Shown: positions 26,001-36,017 of the stretch, piece after piece
How positions within the stretch are numbered: position 1 is the stretch's first letter
Layout of the letters: every line of letters starts with the position of its first letter
From: an uncultured delta proteobacterium
Lineage (GTDB): Bacteria; Myxococcota_A; Polyangia; Haliangiales; Haliangiaceae
DNA length: 64,000 nucleotides
Direction: 5' to 3'
Assembly: GCA_963743525.1 (NCBI GenBank)
Contig: CAVUQH010000002.1
Coordinates: 64,001 to 128,000, forward strand
Notes under the pieces: generated by a model
Databases searched by the model: none
Told to the model about the DNA's origin: nothing
The model's input: only the letters and a program-made list of their open reading frames with translations
Translations under genes and position numbers: made by a program

Positions 26001-27204
26001 AGGTAATGACGTAATGCTTGATGCCGGAGACCGACTCGAGCGTCAGGACACCGGCATCGGACAGGGAAGTCTTCATTCGGTAGCTCCACGTGACCGGCGG
26101 AGCGCGGCCAAAATCCTTGCGGAACCAGGATAGCTCCTCGGGGTCGCCGGCGGTGTCCGCACCCAGCGTCATCGTCCAGGTCGCGTCGACGGCGATCGGC
26201 TTGGTGCAGGCCAGCGAGCTGCCCTGCTGGGTGCAGAAGATCTGCGCCCGCGTCACATTCTTGCCCACGCGCGGCATGAATTCCTCGTCACCCGAGTCGT
26301 GGGTGACCGAGACCTCCCAGACGGTGCGTCCGCTGACCTTGCGCTGGTGAGCGCTGTCCAGCGCCAGGGTGTCGTACGACTTGGGGCCGCGAAACGCGCC
26401 GGCGTTGACGGTGGCGAGGATCTGCAGCTGGTCGTCGTCGCGCTTGGCCAGGTAGGTGTCGACGAATCCGCGCCCGCGGTCGGTGTCGATGTCGCCGATC
26501 GACACCAGCTGGAAGCCGTCGACCGGGTCGGCCAGGTCGCACGTGGTCGCGGTGTTCGACTCGTCGGGGTCGCCCGACCGCTCCATCTTGCCCTGCTGGC
26601 GGAAACAGTCGCACAGCGCCTGCTGCGTCGTCGGCGCGGCGCCGCAACCGGGCGCTCGGGCCCAGATCATCAGCTTGCCGCCCAGGGTGTGGAAACGGTC
26701 GAGCACGGTCTGGTTGGGGCGGCGCCCCAGGGACTCCTCGTACGCAGCCAGCGCGCCGGCTCGGTCGCCCTTGGACTCCAGGGCGCGGCCCAGGTTGTAC
26801 AGACTGGCGGCGGCGACCCGCGGATCGCTCTCGCCGTTGACCGCCTTGCGGCTGGCCTCGATCGATCGGCTCAGGTGATTGGCCTTGAACGCCGCCCATC
26901 CCAGCTCGCTCAGCGCGCGCGAGTTGTCGGGCACCAGCTTCAGCGCCTCCTCGAACTCGGCCATGCCGTCGGCGAAGTTGCCCTGCTTCACCAGCTCGCG
27001 ACCGTGCTTCATGCGGCCGCGGAAATCGCGGCGCGCGGCCCTGGTCGGCGGTGCAGACGTGGGCGCGGGCTTCGCCGCCGGTGCGGCGTCGTCGGGAGCG
27101 GCGGCGGCAGGCGCCTTGGACGGCTGCTTCTTCGCCGATCCCCCGTCCTTGCTGCAGCCGACCACGATCAGTGCTGCCAGTAGCGAGCCTCGCACGATTC
27201 GCAT
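25987..27204 (-). CDS. TPR-containing lipoprotein
   Basis: Lipobox VVGC, TPRs (ALSELGWAAF, SLYNLGRALE). Confidence 0.75.
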   Translation of the reverse strand: MRIVRGSLLAALIVVGCSKDGGSAKKQPSKAPAAAAPDDAAPAAKPAPTSAPPTRAARRDFRGRMKHGRELVKQGNFADGMAEFEEALKLVPDNSRALSELGWAAFKANHLSRSIEASRKAVNGESDPRVAAASLYNLGRALESKGDRAGALAAYEESLGRRPNQTVLDRFHTLGGKLMIWARAPGCGAAPTTQQALCDCFRQQGKMERSGDPDESNTATTCDLADPVDGFQLVSIGDIDTDRGRGFVDTYLAKRDDDQLQILATVNAGAFRGPKSYDTLALDSAHQRKVSGRTVWEVSVTHDSGDEEFMPRVGKNVTRAQIFCTQQGSSLACTKPIAVDATWTMTLGADTAGDPEELSWFRKDFGRAPPVTWSYRMKTSLSDAGVLTLESVSGIKHYVITYALW

Positions 27205-27282
27205 TCGCCGATGGTCGCACAGCGACGCGGTGCCGTCATCCGGCCCTTGTCATCCGGCTCATGGCCGGGAAGACTGGACGCG

Positions 27283-27840
27283 GTGTCCAAGAAGCGCGAC
27301 GAAACGGTCGAGTTCGACCCCAGCGCTGTGCTCGCGCGGCTGTCGCGCGAGCGCGCGACCACGGTGCCGATCGACGCCGACGAGGTCAAGAAGGCAGCGG
27401 CCGAGTCGATCGAGGCGCCGGATCCGTACCCGCGCCGCGCGCGACCGCGCGAGACACCGGCGGTGATTCGCCGCGAGCAGCCGACCCGCGCCTTCCAGAC
27501 CGTGCTCAAGCCGAACGAGCCGTTCGTCGAGATCGCGGTGGTCGGCGGTGGTGACATCTACGCGCTGCCGCTGCGCAGCATGTCGGCCAGTGGGCTGGCG
27601 GTGGCCGCGGCCCGCGAGCAGGCACCGCTGCTCCAGCCCGGAGTCACCGCGGTCGTCAACGTCGCGGTCGCCGGCGACGACGGGCGGGTCGAGCTGCGCC
27701 TGCACGCGAGGGTCGAGCACCGGCGCGAGGCCAGCAAGACGGTCGAAGGCGGCATCCGCCTGCAGTGGATCGCCGACGACGCTCGCGTGGCCGCCAGCAT
27801 CCGCCGGCTGGTCGCCGCCTGGCTGACCCGCGCCACGTAG
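27283..27840 (+). CDS. Hypothetical protein with PilZ-like C-terminal domain
   Basis: LRSMSASGLAV...ARVEHRR...GIRLQW resembles the PilZ barrel. No clear RxxxR motif. Confidence 0.45.
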   Translation: MSKKRDETVEFDPSAVLARLSRERATTVPIDADEVKKAAAESIEAPDPYPRRARPRETPAVIRREQPTRAFQTVLKPNEPFVEIAVVGGGDIYALPLRSMSASGLAVAAAREQAPLLQPGVTAVVNVAVAGDDGRVELRLHARVEHRREASKTVEGGIRLQWIADDARVAASIRRLVAAWLTRAT

Positions 27841-27951
27841 CCGCGGTGCGACAGTGCGACAGCGCCGCGACGGCCGCGAGCGGCGTCAACGGCGCCCATT
27901 CGCGGCCCGTGCCGGGCACAGCTGGGCACGCCCCCTGCATCAGCGGCGGTC

Positions 27952-29448
27952 ATGCCCAACGCGACCGACGCGCTCGCCGCACTGGCCCTGCTGGCCGCCC
28001 TGAGTCCCGGCTGCGCCGGATCACCCGCGCCCGCCCCGGCCCGCGCCCCCGCGACGCCGCCAGCGGTCCACCTCCGCTTCATGGAACCGGCCGGCGACGC
28101 CCGCGCTCGCCAGCGCGCGTGGACCGAGATCAGCGACACCGATCGGATCGCCCGACTCACCGCGCTGGCCGACAACGAGGCGGCGCGATTTGCCCTGGCG
28201 GTCTATGCCATCGCCTGGGATCTGGCGCCGCCGGAGTGGCCGGCTCGGCCGACCCTGTTCATCGCGTTGGAGCCCGGCGGCAACTACGGACGCGTCGGCT
28301 TCACCTTGACCGACCGCGACGGCCGCCGCCGCGAGCTGCCCGCGCTGCCGTATCTGATCTTGTCCGACGACGCCGAGAGCTTCCGCGGCACCCTGCTGCA
28401 CGAATCGGCGCACGTGATGCACGGGCTCCTCACCGGCGGCAGAAACAGCGGCGACGACCAGCAGGCGTTCGCCCCCATCCCCCACTCGACCGCCGCCGTC
28501 ACCGACCGACGCACGGCGTTCAACGAAGGGTTCGCCATTCACTTCGAAGCGGTCTGGGCGCATTGTGGCCACGACCCCGACGCGCGCGCCTTCTACGACC
28601 ACGCGGCGCCGCGCTACGGCCAGCAGCGCAAGCTCGCGGCCGAGTACTACTTCCCGCTCCGCGACCTGCGCAGCTACGCGCAGACCTTCGCCCGCTACCA
28701 GCGGGTGCGCGACGACGACTACGCCTTCGAGCCGGCCACCGGCGTGCGCGACTACCTGCGGGTCCAGCTCGATCCCGCACGCGACCGCCGCAGCCTGCGC
28801 AGCGGCGGCGCGATGGTCGCCTCCGAAGGGTTCGTCGCCAGCGTGCTGTTCCACGTCGCCGCCGGCGACGGATGCCGGTCGATGGACGAGCTGGTTCCTC
28901 GCTACCGGCCGATCCTGGCCGCGCTGAAGCGCGCCGAAACCACCACCGGTCCGCTCGACCGCGTGCCGCTGGTCGATCTGGTCGCCACCCTGGGCCCGCG
29001 CGCGATCGACATCTTCCTCGACCTGTCCCGCGGCGCCACCATCGATCCCGAGGCACAGGCGGTGTGGGCGCGGCTGTACGACGCCGCCCTCGCCCTCGAG
29101 CTGCCGTCGTTCCAGGAGCTGCGCGCCGACGCCGACGCCCGCCGCGGCCGCTGGCGCGCCGAGGCGACCCGCGACCCGACTGCCCTGGCCCGCACCGTCG
29201 GACCGGTCGCCGTGGTCACCGTGCCGGCCGTGCGCACCGGCCTGGCGCTGTTCGGCGAACCGCAGCCGCTGGCCTTCGACGCCAACGCCGCCGGTCCACC
29301 GATGCTGCGGCTGATCCCGGGCATCAGCGAGGCGCAGATCGCCGCGCTCGTCGCCGACCGCGCCCGCGCTCCGTTCGCCGACAGCGCCGATGCCATCGCC
29401 CGCGCCCGGGCCGTCGGCGTCGCGCCGGGCTCGCTGGCGGCGCCGTAG
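27952..29448 (+). CDS. Lipoprotein HExxH metallopeptidase with C-terminal HhH motif
   Basis: Lipobox-like SPGC, LLHESAH plus downstream NEGFA, C-terminal LRLIPGISEAQIAALV...R...PF. Confidence 0.6.
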   Translation: MPNATDALAALALLAALSPGCAGSPAPAPARAPATPPAVHLRFMEPAGDARARQRAWTEISDTDRIARLTALADNEAARFALAVYAIAWDLAPPEWPARPTLFIALEPGGNYGRVGFTLTDRDGRRRELPALPYLILSDDAESFRGTLLHESAHVMHGLLTGGRNSGDDQQAFAPIPHSTAAVTDRRTAFNEGFAIHFEAVWAHCGHDPDARAFYDHAAPRYGQQRKLAAEYYFPLRDLRSYAQTFARYQRVRDDDYAFEPATGVRDYLRVQLDPARDRRSLRSGGAMVASEGFVASVLFHVAAGDGCRSMDELVPRYRPILAALKRAETTTGPLDRVPLVDLVATLGPRAIDIFLDLSRGATIDPEAQAVWARLYDAALALELPSFQELRADADARRGRWRAEATRDPTALARTVGPVAVVTVPAVRTGLALFGEPQPLAFDANAAGPPMLRLIPGISEAQIAALVADRARAPFADSADAIARARAVGVAPGSLAAP

Positions 29449-29512
29449 CTTTGCCACCCGTTGCATGGCTTTGCACGCGCGCAGCCGTCGCCGGTCGCGC
29501 CACGATGAGCGC

Positions 29513-29866
29513 ATGCGTGCCCCGGCTCTACTCGTCGCCGTCGCGCTGTGCCTGCCCGGCGCGGCGTGCGTCAGTCGCACTCAGACCACCGTGCGCGAGG
29601 TCGCGGTGCCCGTGGACGTGGTCGTCGACGCCGGCGCCCGGCCCGAGCGACCGCCGCAGCGACGCGCCCGTCACGGCCGGGATCGCATCGTGCGCATGGT
29701 CGGCGGTGCCGCCGCCGGCGCGCTGATCGGCGGCTGGCTGGGCGCCGCCACCGAGGCGTCCCATCCGGATGCGACCGACGACTCGACGTCGGTCAAGACG
29801 GTCGAGGGCGCGCTGCTGGGCGCCGGCGTCGGCGTGGTCGCCGGCTGGCTGACCCGGGAGCGCTGA
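29513..29866 (+). CDS. Glycine-zipper lipoprotein
   Basis: Lipobox GAAC, GGAAAGALIGG and GALLGAGVG repeats. Confidence 0.55.
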   Translation: MRAPALLVAVALCLPGAACVSRTQTTVREVAVPVDVVVDAGARPERPPQRRARHGRDRIVRMVGGAAAGALIGGWLGAATEASHPDATDDSTSVKTVEGALLGAGVGVVAGWLTRER

Positions 29867-29942
29867 TCGCCAGGCCCTCGCGATTCCGGGCCGTTGCAAT
29901 TTTCTTGCGACCAATGCACGTCCGCGCGCCACAGGACATTGG

Positions 29943-30938
29943 ATGCGGCGCGCTCCGACAGTGCGAGAACCTGCGACTGCCGCCCACAGCTGTGGGCCGG
30001 TGCGCGGGGTGCTGCGGACCGACGTCGGCGCCATTCGCGAGCGCAACGAGGACTCCGGCTTCGTCAACGGCCGCCAGCGCTTCTTCGTCGTCGCCGACGG
30101 CATGGGCGGCCACAGCGCCGGTGACATCGCCAGCGCGCTGGCGGTCGACACCGTGCGCGACATCCTCGACCACGCGTCGCCGCAGCTGGCGACCTACGTC
30201 GCCGCGCCGACGCCGGCCGGCCGCGACGGCATCCGCTCCGTGCTGGAGCGCGCCGTGCGCGAGGCCAACCACGCCGTGCTCACCCGCAGCCTGGAGGAGC
30301 CCGACAAGCACGGCATGGGCACGACCCTCGAGGTCGTCGTCGTGCTGGGCGACGAGGCGTTCATCGGTCACGTCGGCGACAGCCGCACCTATCTGGTTCG
30401 CGACGGCGCCGCGCTGCAGGCGACCGACGACCACACGGTGGCCCAGGCGATGCGCCGCGCGGGAACCCTGACCGATACCGAGGTTGACAGCTCGCCGATG
30501 CGCTCGGTGCTGTCCAATGCCATCGGCATCAGCGCCGACGTCACCGTCAACCAAGTCCACCTTCGCCTGCGCGCCGGCGATCGGCTGCTGATCTGCAGCG
30601 ACGGCATGTACGAATATTTCGCCGCCGAGGAGATGGCTCGCTGGGTGACCAGCCACGGTGCCGACGCAGCTCTCACCGGCCTCATCGACGAGGCGTGCAG
30701 CCGCGGCGGCGCCGACAACATCACCGGCATCATCGTCGAGGTCCCGCAGCCGTCCGATGCGCCCGCCGAGCTCGTCGACGACGAGCCGACCAGCCCGATC
30801 GCGCTGCCTCCGGACGACGCCACGCCCGCCAGCCCGCTGGCCAGTGTCAGCAGCGAAGCGCTGTCGGTGTTCGTCGAGCAAGGCCTGCTCGAGCCGGACG
30901 TCGAAGAGCCGGCGCCCCGGCGCGCTGCCAGAAACTGA
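29943..30938 (+). CDS. PP2C-family Ser/Thr phosphatase
   Basis: RERNED, VADGMGGH, MGTT, HVGDSR, CSDG, GGADNIT. Confidence 0.93.
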   Translation: MRRAPTVREPATAAHSCGPVRGVLRTDVGAIRERNEDSGFVNGRQRFFVVADGMGGHSAGDIASALAVDTVRDILDHASPQLATYVAAPTPAGRDGIRSVLERAVREANHAVLTRSLEEPDKHGMGTTLEVVVVLGDEAFIGHVGDSRTYLVRDGAALQATDDHTVAQAMRRAGTLTDTEVDSSPMRSVLSNAIGISADVTVNQVHLRLRAGDRLLICSDGMYEYFAAEEMARWVTSHGADAALTGLIDEACSRGGADNITGIIVEVPQPSDAPAELVDDEPTSPIALPPDDATPASPLASVSSEALSVFVEQGLLEPDVEEPAPRRAARN

Positions 30939-30975
30939 AAGTCGCGCGGGCATAGGGCTTGCGTGAAGGGCCAGC

Positions 30976-32364
30976 ATGAGTGACCCCGAGCGCACGCATT
31001 CGCGCATACGGTGCGCGAGCAGCTCGATCGTCCTGGTCGCGGGCGCAGTCGTTGCGCTGGCCCTGGGGGCGTGCGCATCGCAGCCGTCCCTGGATCGCGA
31101 AGCGCTGCTCGACCCCGCGTCATGTGCGAGCTGTCACCCGGACCAGGTCCGCGAGTGGTCCGGCAGCATGCACGCCTACGCCAGCGACGACCCGATGTTC
31201 ATCGCGCTGAACGACCTCCTGCAGGAGCAGACCGGTGGTGCGGCGGCCGGCTTCTGCATCGGCTGTCACGCACCGATCGCCGTCGCCGAGGGCGCCACCG
31301 TCGACGGCACCGACATCGACTCGGTGCCGCGTTACCTGCGCGGGGTCACCTGCTACTTCTGCCACGCGGTCGACGCGGTCGAGGACGATCACAACGGCGC
31401 CCTGCACCTGGCGGACGATGGCGTGATCCGCGGGCCGATCGCCGACCCGCTCTACACCGAGGCGCACGACTCCGGCTACTCGACGCTGCACGACGGTCGG
31501 GCGCTGGAGTCGTCGCAGCTGTGCGGCGCCTGCCACGACGTGGTCACCCCCGGCGGGCTGCACCTGGAGCAGACCTTCGCCGAGTGGCGCGACAGCGTCT
31601 TTGCCAAGCCCGGTCCGGCGGCGCTGTCGTGCAACCGCTGCCACATGCCCGGCTCGGATCGACCGGCGGCGCTGGTCGCCGGCGCGCCCGAGCGACGCGT
31701 CCACGAGCACGCGGTGCCAGGCATCGACGTGGCGCTGCACGACTGGCCGGAGGCCGCCGCCCAGCGCGCGCTCATCAACCGCGACCTGCAGCCGTCGATC
31801 CTCGGCAAGCTGTGCGTGTCGCCGGCCGGCGGCGGCGTCGACGTCGAGGTCACGCTGGACAACCTGCTGTCGGGGCACTCGTTCCCCAGCGGCGTGACCC
31901 ACGCCCGCCGCACCTGGGTCGAGGTAACCGCGCGCGCCGCCGGCGACGTGGTCTATCAGAGCGGCGCGCTGCGCTCGGACGAGCCGGCCGCCGAGTCGAT
32001 GGATCCCGATCTGTGGCTGCTGCGCACCCACCTCTACGATCAGGACGACAACCCGACGCTGCTGCCGTGGCTGGCGACCCGCGCCGACAGCGAACTGCTG
32101 CCGGCGGCGGTGACCAACGACCCGTCCGACCCCGGCTACTACCACTCTCGCAGTCACAGCTATCACGTCAACGTCGTGCCCGACGAGATCGACATGCGCG
32201 TCCACGTGCGCCCGGTCGGCCTGGAGATCGGCGCGGTGCTGGTCGACCTCGGCGCCATCGCTCCGTCGGTGGCCGCCGCGGTGCCGACGTTCACGCTGAC
32301 GCCGACCGAGATCACCTGGCGCACCGAGGACGGCTACGGCTGCGTCACGGGGAGGAATCCATGA
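30976..32364 (+). CDS. Multiheme c-type cytochrome lipoprotein (5 CxxCH)
   Basis: Lipobox LGAC; CASCH, CIGCH, CYFCH, CGACH, CNRCH; GHSFPSG in a non-heme C-terminal domain. Confidence 0.88.
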   Translation: MSDPERTHSRIRCASSSIVLVAGAVVALALGACASQPSLDREALLDPASCASCHPDQVREWSGSMHAYASDDPMFIALNDLLQEQTGGAAAGFCIGCHAPIAVAEGATVDGTDIDSVPRYLRGVTCYFCHAVDAVEDDHNGALHLADDGVIRGPIADPLYTEAHDSGYSTLHDGRALESSQLCGACHDVVTPGGLHLEQTFAEWRDSVFAKPGPAALSCNRCHMPGSDRPAALVAGAPERRVHEHAVPGIDVALHDWPEAAAQRALINRDLQPSILGKLCVSPAGGGVDVEVTLDNLLSGHSFPSGVTHARRTWVEVTARAAGDVVYQSGALRSDEPAAESMDPDLWLLRTHLYDQDDNPTLLPWLATRADSELLPAAVTNDPSDPGYYHSRSHSYHVNVVPDEIDMRVHVRPVGLEIGAVLVDLGAIAPSVAAAVPTFTLTPTEITWRTEDGYGCVTGRNP

Positions 32365-32582
32365 CCGCCCTGATCCGAACCGCCGTACTGGCGCTGCTGA
32401 CCGCCGCCCTGCTCGGCGGATGCCTGCGGGTTCAGCCGTACCAGCGAGAGACCCTGGCCCACCCGGGCATGCGCGCGGCGCCGTGGCCGGCGATCGAGCG
32501 CAGCAGCCAGCACATCGACGAGGTCCGCGAGGGCAGCCACGGCGCGTCCGGACACGCCGGCGGAGGCTGCGGATGCAACTGA
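32361..32582 (+). CDS. DUF4266-family small lipoprotein
   Basis: LLGGC, VQPYQRETLA, REGS...GGGCGCN C-terminus. Confidence 0.85.
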   Translation: MTALIRTAVLALLTAALLGGCLRVQPYQRETLAHPGMRAAPWPAIERSSQHIDEVREGSHGASGHAGGGCGCN

Positions 32583-33700
32583 CACGCGCGCTGGCGCTGG
32601 CCGCCACTCTCGCGATCCCGGCCCGCACCTGGGCCGACCCGCCGCCCGACGACGCCGGCACGAGCGACCGCCGCGCCACCGCCAGCCTGACGGTCTACTC
32701 CGACGACGATCACATGACGGTGACCACCCCGCGCGCAGGCGCCCAGGCGCGCGCCAGCGAGCGCGTGGTGATCGACGTTAACGCCACCGCCGACATCATC
32801 TCGGGCGCGTCGATCGACGTGGTCAGCGAGGCGTCGCCGTCGCCCATTCGCGAGACCCGGCTGGCCGCCGGCTTCGGCGCCACGGTCGCCCTGTCGCGAA
32901 CGGTGGCCGGCCGCGCGCGGGCGCTGGTATCGCACGAGAGCGACTACCGGTCGCTGGGCGTCGAGCTCGGCGGCGCGTGGGATCTTGCCCGGCGCAACAC
33001 CACCCTCGACCTCGAGCTGGCCGCACGCACCGATCGGGTCGGCAACGCCATGGACCCGACCATGTCGGAGCCGCGCGACGGCGAGACGATCACCTTCACC
33101 GTGACCCAGGCGCTGGATCCGCTGACCTTCGTCAACGTCGTGGTCGATGGCTCGCGCGATCACGGCTTCCTCGAGAGCGCCTACCGCACGGTGCCGATCT
33201 ACGACCCGCTGTCGCCCGACACCATGCGCGTGTCCGAGGAGGTTCCCGACCGGCGGCTGTCGCTGGCCGGCCTGGCTCGCGTGCGCCGCGCGCTGACCCG
33301 GCACCTGTTCGTCCACGCCGACTACCGCTACTACGCCGACGACTGGTCGATCGGCAGCCACACCGTGTCGGCCACGCTGATCGCCGAGCCGCTCGACCGA
33401 GTCCGCATCGGCGCCGGCGGTCGCTACTACCGGCAGTCGGCCGCAGATTTCTACCAGGCGCGCTACGACCTGGTGGACGGCGCGGCGCCCGATCTGCGCA
33501 CCCGTGACCGCCGTCTGGGCCGAATGTCCAGCGAGACCGCCAATGTCACCGTCGACCTCGCGCTGACCGGCGCGCGCCCCGAGGACGGCGTGCGCCTGTC
33601 GATGTCGGCGGTGGCGATGCGCTTCTCGTGGCCCGACTTTCCCGCGCAAACTCGCCGCAGCGCCCTGGCGCTGACCCTGGGCGCCGTGTCTGCCTTCTAG
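32573..33700 (+). CDS. DUF3570-family outer-membrane protein
   Basis: YSDDD, DIISGASID, SHESDYRS, YRYYADDWSIGSHT, RYYRQSAADFY, terminal Phe. Follows DUF4266. Confidence 0.82.
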   Translation: MQLTRALALAATLAIPARTWADPPPDDAGTSDRRATASLTVYSDDDHMTVTTPRAGAQARASERVVIDVNATADIISGASIDVVSEASPSPIRETRLAAGFGATVALSRTVAGRARALVSHESDYRSLGVELGGAWDLARRNTTLDLELAARTDRVGNAMDPTMSEPRDGETITFTVTQALDPLTFVNVVVDGSRDHGFLESAYRTVPIYDPLSPDTMRVSEEVPDRRLSLAGLARVRRALTRHLFVHADYRYYADDWSIGSHTVSATLIAEPLDRVRIGAGGRYYRQSAADFYQARYDLVDGAAPDLRTRDRRLGRMSSETANVTVDLALTGARPEDGVRLSMSAVAMRFSWPDFPAQTRRSALALTLGAVSAF

Positions 33701-33720
33701 GTGGGTGCTACGGTCCAGGA

Positions 33721-34845
33721 ATGGCCGAGCACGTCTTCCTCGTCCCCGGATTCTTCGGCTTCGCCAATCTGGGTGAGCTGAAGTACTTCGCGCACGTGGC
33801 CGACGAGCTGACTCGAGCCTGCGCCCGCCGCGACTGCGACGTGCGCGTGCACTACGTGCCGACGCTGCCGACGGCATCGCTGCGCCGCCGGGCCGCGCAG
33901 CTGGTCGAGGTGATCGGCACCCGCGCCGGCGACGGCGGCCCGGTGCACATCGTCGGTCACTCCACCGGCGGCCTCGACGCCCGCCTGGCGGTCACGCCCA
34001 ACGCCGAGCTGGGCACGCCGCGCAACGACCTCCTGGCCCGCGTGCGCACCGTGGTGTCGGTGGCAACGCCCCACTACGGCGCGCCGATCGCCAACTTCTT
34101 CACCAGCGTGATGGGCCAACGGCTGCTGCGGCTGTTGTCGCTCACGACGATTCATGGCCTGCGCCTGGGCCGCATCCCCATCCCCGCGCTGTTGGCCCTG
34201 GCCGGCGCGCTGCGCCTGCCCGGGCGCTTCCCGCGGCCGACGCGCAGCATGCTCGACCAGGTGCAGCGGCAAGTGCTGGCCGACTTCGGCCCCGAGCGAC
34301 GGGCCGAGATCGAGTCGTTCATCGGCCAGGTGGGCGAGGACCAGTCACTGCTGCCGCAGCTGTCGTCGGCGGGAATGGACGTGTTCAACGCCGCCGTCGT
34401 CGACAACCCCGAGGTGCGCTACGCCTGCGTGGTCACCCGCTCGCGCCCGCCGGCGCTGGGCGGCAACCTGAAGCTGGGCGCAGCTCCCGGAGCGCAGGCG
34501 ATGTACGGCCTCTATCGCGCGCTGTACGCCCTGGCCGGCGCCAGCGAGGTGCCGGCGCCGCCGCCGACCGCGGCCCAGCTCGACGCCCTGCGCCGCGGCT
34601 TCGGCGACACGCCCAAACCCGGCGCCAACGACGCCATCGTGCCGACCCGTTCCCAGCTGTGGGGCGAGGTCATCTACGCCACCTGGGCCGACCACCTCGA
34701 CGTCGTCGGCCACTTTGCGTCGCCCCGAAGCCACCCGCCTCACGTCAACTGGCTGACCACCCTCAGCAGCTTCGGCCGGCAGAATTTCACCGAGCTGTGG
34801 AGTCGCATCGCCGACTTCGTGGCCCAACCGGAGGCACGAGCATGA
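33721..34845 (+). CDS. Triacylglycerol lipase/esterase
   Basis: VPGFFGF, GHSTGGLDAR, TPHYG, NDAIVP, ADHLDVVG. Confidence 0.88.
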   Translation: MAEHVFLVPGFFGFANLGELKYFAHVADELTRACARRDCDVRVHYVPTLPTASLRRRAAQLVEVIGTRAGDGGPVHIVGHSTGGLDARLAVTPNAELGTPRNDLLARVRTVVSVATPHYGAPIANFFTSVMGQRLLRLLSLTTIHGLRLGRIPIPALLALAGALRLPGRFPRPTRSMLDQVQRQVLADFGPERRAEIESFIGQVGEDQSLLPQLSSAGMDVFNAAVVDNPEVRYACVVTRSRPPALGGNLKLGAAPGAQAMYGLYRALYALAGASEVPAPPPTAAQLDALRRGFGDTPKPGANDAIVPTRSQLWGEVIYATWADHLDVVGHFASPRSHPPHVNWLTTLSSFGRQNFTELWSRIADFVAQPEARA

Positions 34846-35210
34846 TCATCGACGAGCGGATCGACCCCGACGGCGCGGTCGTCGCCACCACCCTGGAAGG
34901 CGGCGGCGATGTGATGTTCCTGCGCGACGGGCCGACTGCGGTCACGCTGAGCGGCGCGGTGGTCGCCGCGGTGGTCAGTCGCTACGGCCACGAGCTCGAC
35001 CCCGAGGCCGCAAGCCGCGCCGATGAGCGCGGCGCCTTGCTGCTCGACGGTGGCCGCCGCTTGCGCGCGCTGTCGTTTCGCGCCGGTGTCAACGTCGAGC
35101 CGCGACTGTACCTGGTGCTCGAGGACGGCGGCCCGCCGATCGCCGCCCTCGGCCGCGAGGTCGCCGGCGCGCTGCGCCACCTGGCCGCGCGCGCCACCAG
35201 CACCGCGTGA
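34842..35210 (+). CDS. Hypothetical protein
   Basis: ATGA overlap with the lipase stop. Confidence 0.5.
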   Translation: MIIDERIDPDGAVVATTLEGGGDVMFLRDGPTAVTLSGAVVAAVVSRYGHELDPEAASRADERGALLLDGGRRLRALSFRAGVNVEPRLYLVLEDGGPPIAALGREVAGALRHLAARATSTA

Positions 35211-35267
35211 GCGTGAGACGACCATGAGGACGCTGGCCGGCGCGCCGGTCGGCCCTACAGTGACGAC

Positions 35268-36017
35268 ATGGGCAATGGTCCTCCCATGGATCGCGCGCAG
35301 ACGAGACGCATGCCGCGCGCATGCGCCCCCCGCGTCGACGCGGCCATCGAAGCCCGCCAGATCTACGTCGACCTGCAGCCGATCATCGACCTGCAGAACG
35401 GCTCGGTCTACGCCTACGAGGCGCTGGTCCGCAGCACGCTGCCCGAGCTGGCGACGCCGATCCAGCTGCTGTCGGCGGCGGCGCAGCAGGGCCTGCTGGG
35501 GCGCCTGGGCCGGGAGATCCGCCGCTGCGCGGTCGCCGCTGCCTGCGGCGCGCGGCTGTTCGTCAACATCCACCCCGACGAGCTCGACGAGGAGTGGCTG
35601 TCGCGGCCGGACGACCCGATCTACGGCTACGACGGCGAGGTCTACGTCGAGGTCCCCGAGTCGGCGCCGCTGGTGCGTTATCGCTTCGCCCGCTCGACCC
35701 TGACCGAGCTGCGCGCCCGCGGCGTGCGCGTGGCCATGGACGACTTCGGCGCCGGCTACTCGAACCTGGCCTACATCGCCGAACTGGCGCCGGACGTGGT
35801 CAAGCTCGACCGCGAGCTGGTGCTGGGCGTCGTCCCCGGCTCGCGACGACACAAGCTGCTGGCATCGCTGGCGGCGCTGTGCGCCTCGCAGGGAGCCACC
35901 GTGGTCGCCGAGGGGATCGAGCAGCAACACGAGCTGGTCGCCGTCACCAGCGCCGGCATCCCGCTGGCCCAGGGCTTCCTCCTCGGTCGCCCGCAGCGCG
36001 CGCCGTTACCTGGCTGA
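35268..36017 (+). CDS. Stand-alone EAL c-di-GMP phosphodiesterase
   Basis: LQPI, YEALVR, FVN, DDFGAGYS, KLD, AEGIE, QGF. Confidence 0.9.
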   Translation: MGNGPPMDRAQTRRMPRACAPRVDAAIEARQIYVDLQPIIDLQNGSVYAYEALVRSTLPELATPIQLLSAAAQQGLLGRLGREIRRCAVAAACGARLFVNIHPDELDEEWLSRPDDPIYGYDGEVYVEVPESAPLVRYRFARSTLTELRARGVRVAMDDFGAGYSNLAYIAELAPDVVKLDRELVLGVVPGSRRHKLLASLAALCASQGATVVAEGIEQQHELVAVTSAGIPLAQGFLLGRPQRAPLPG

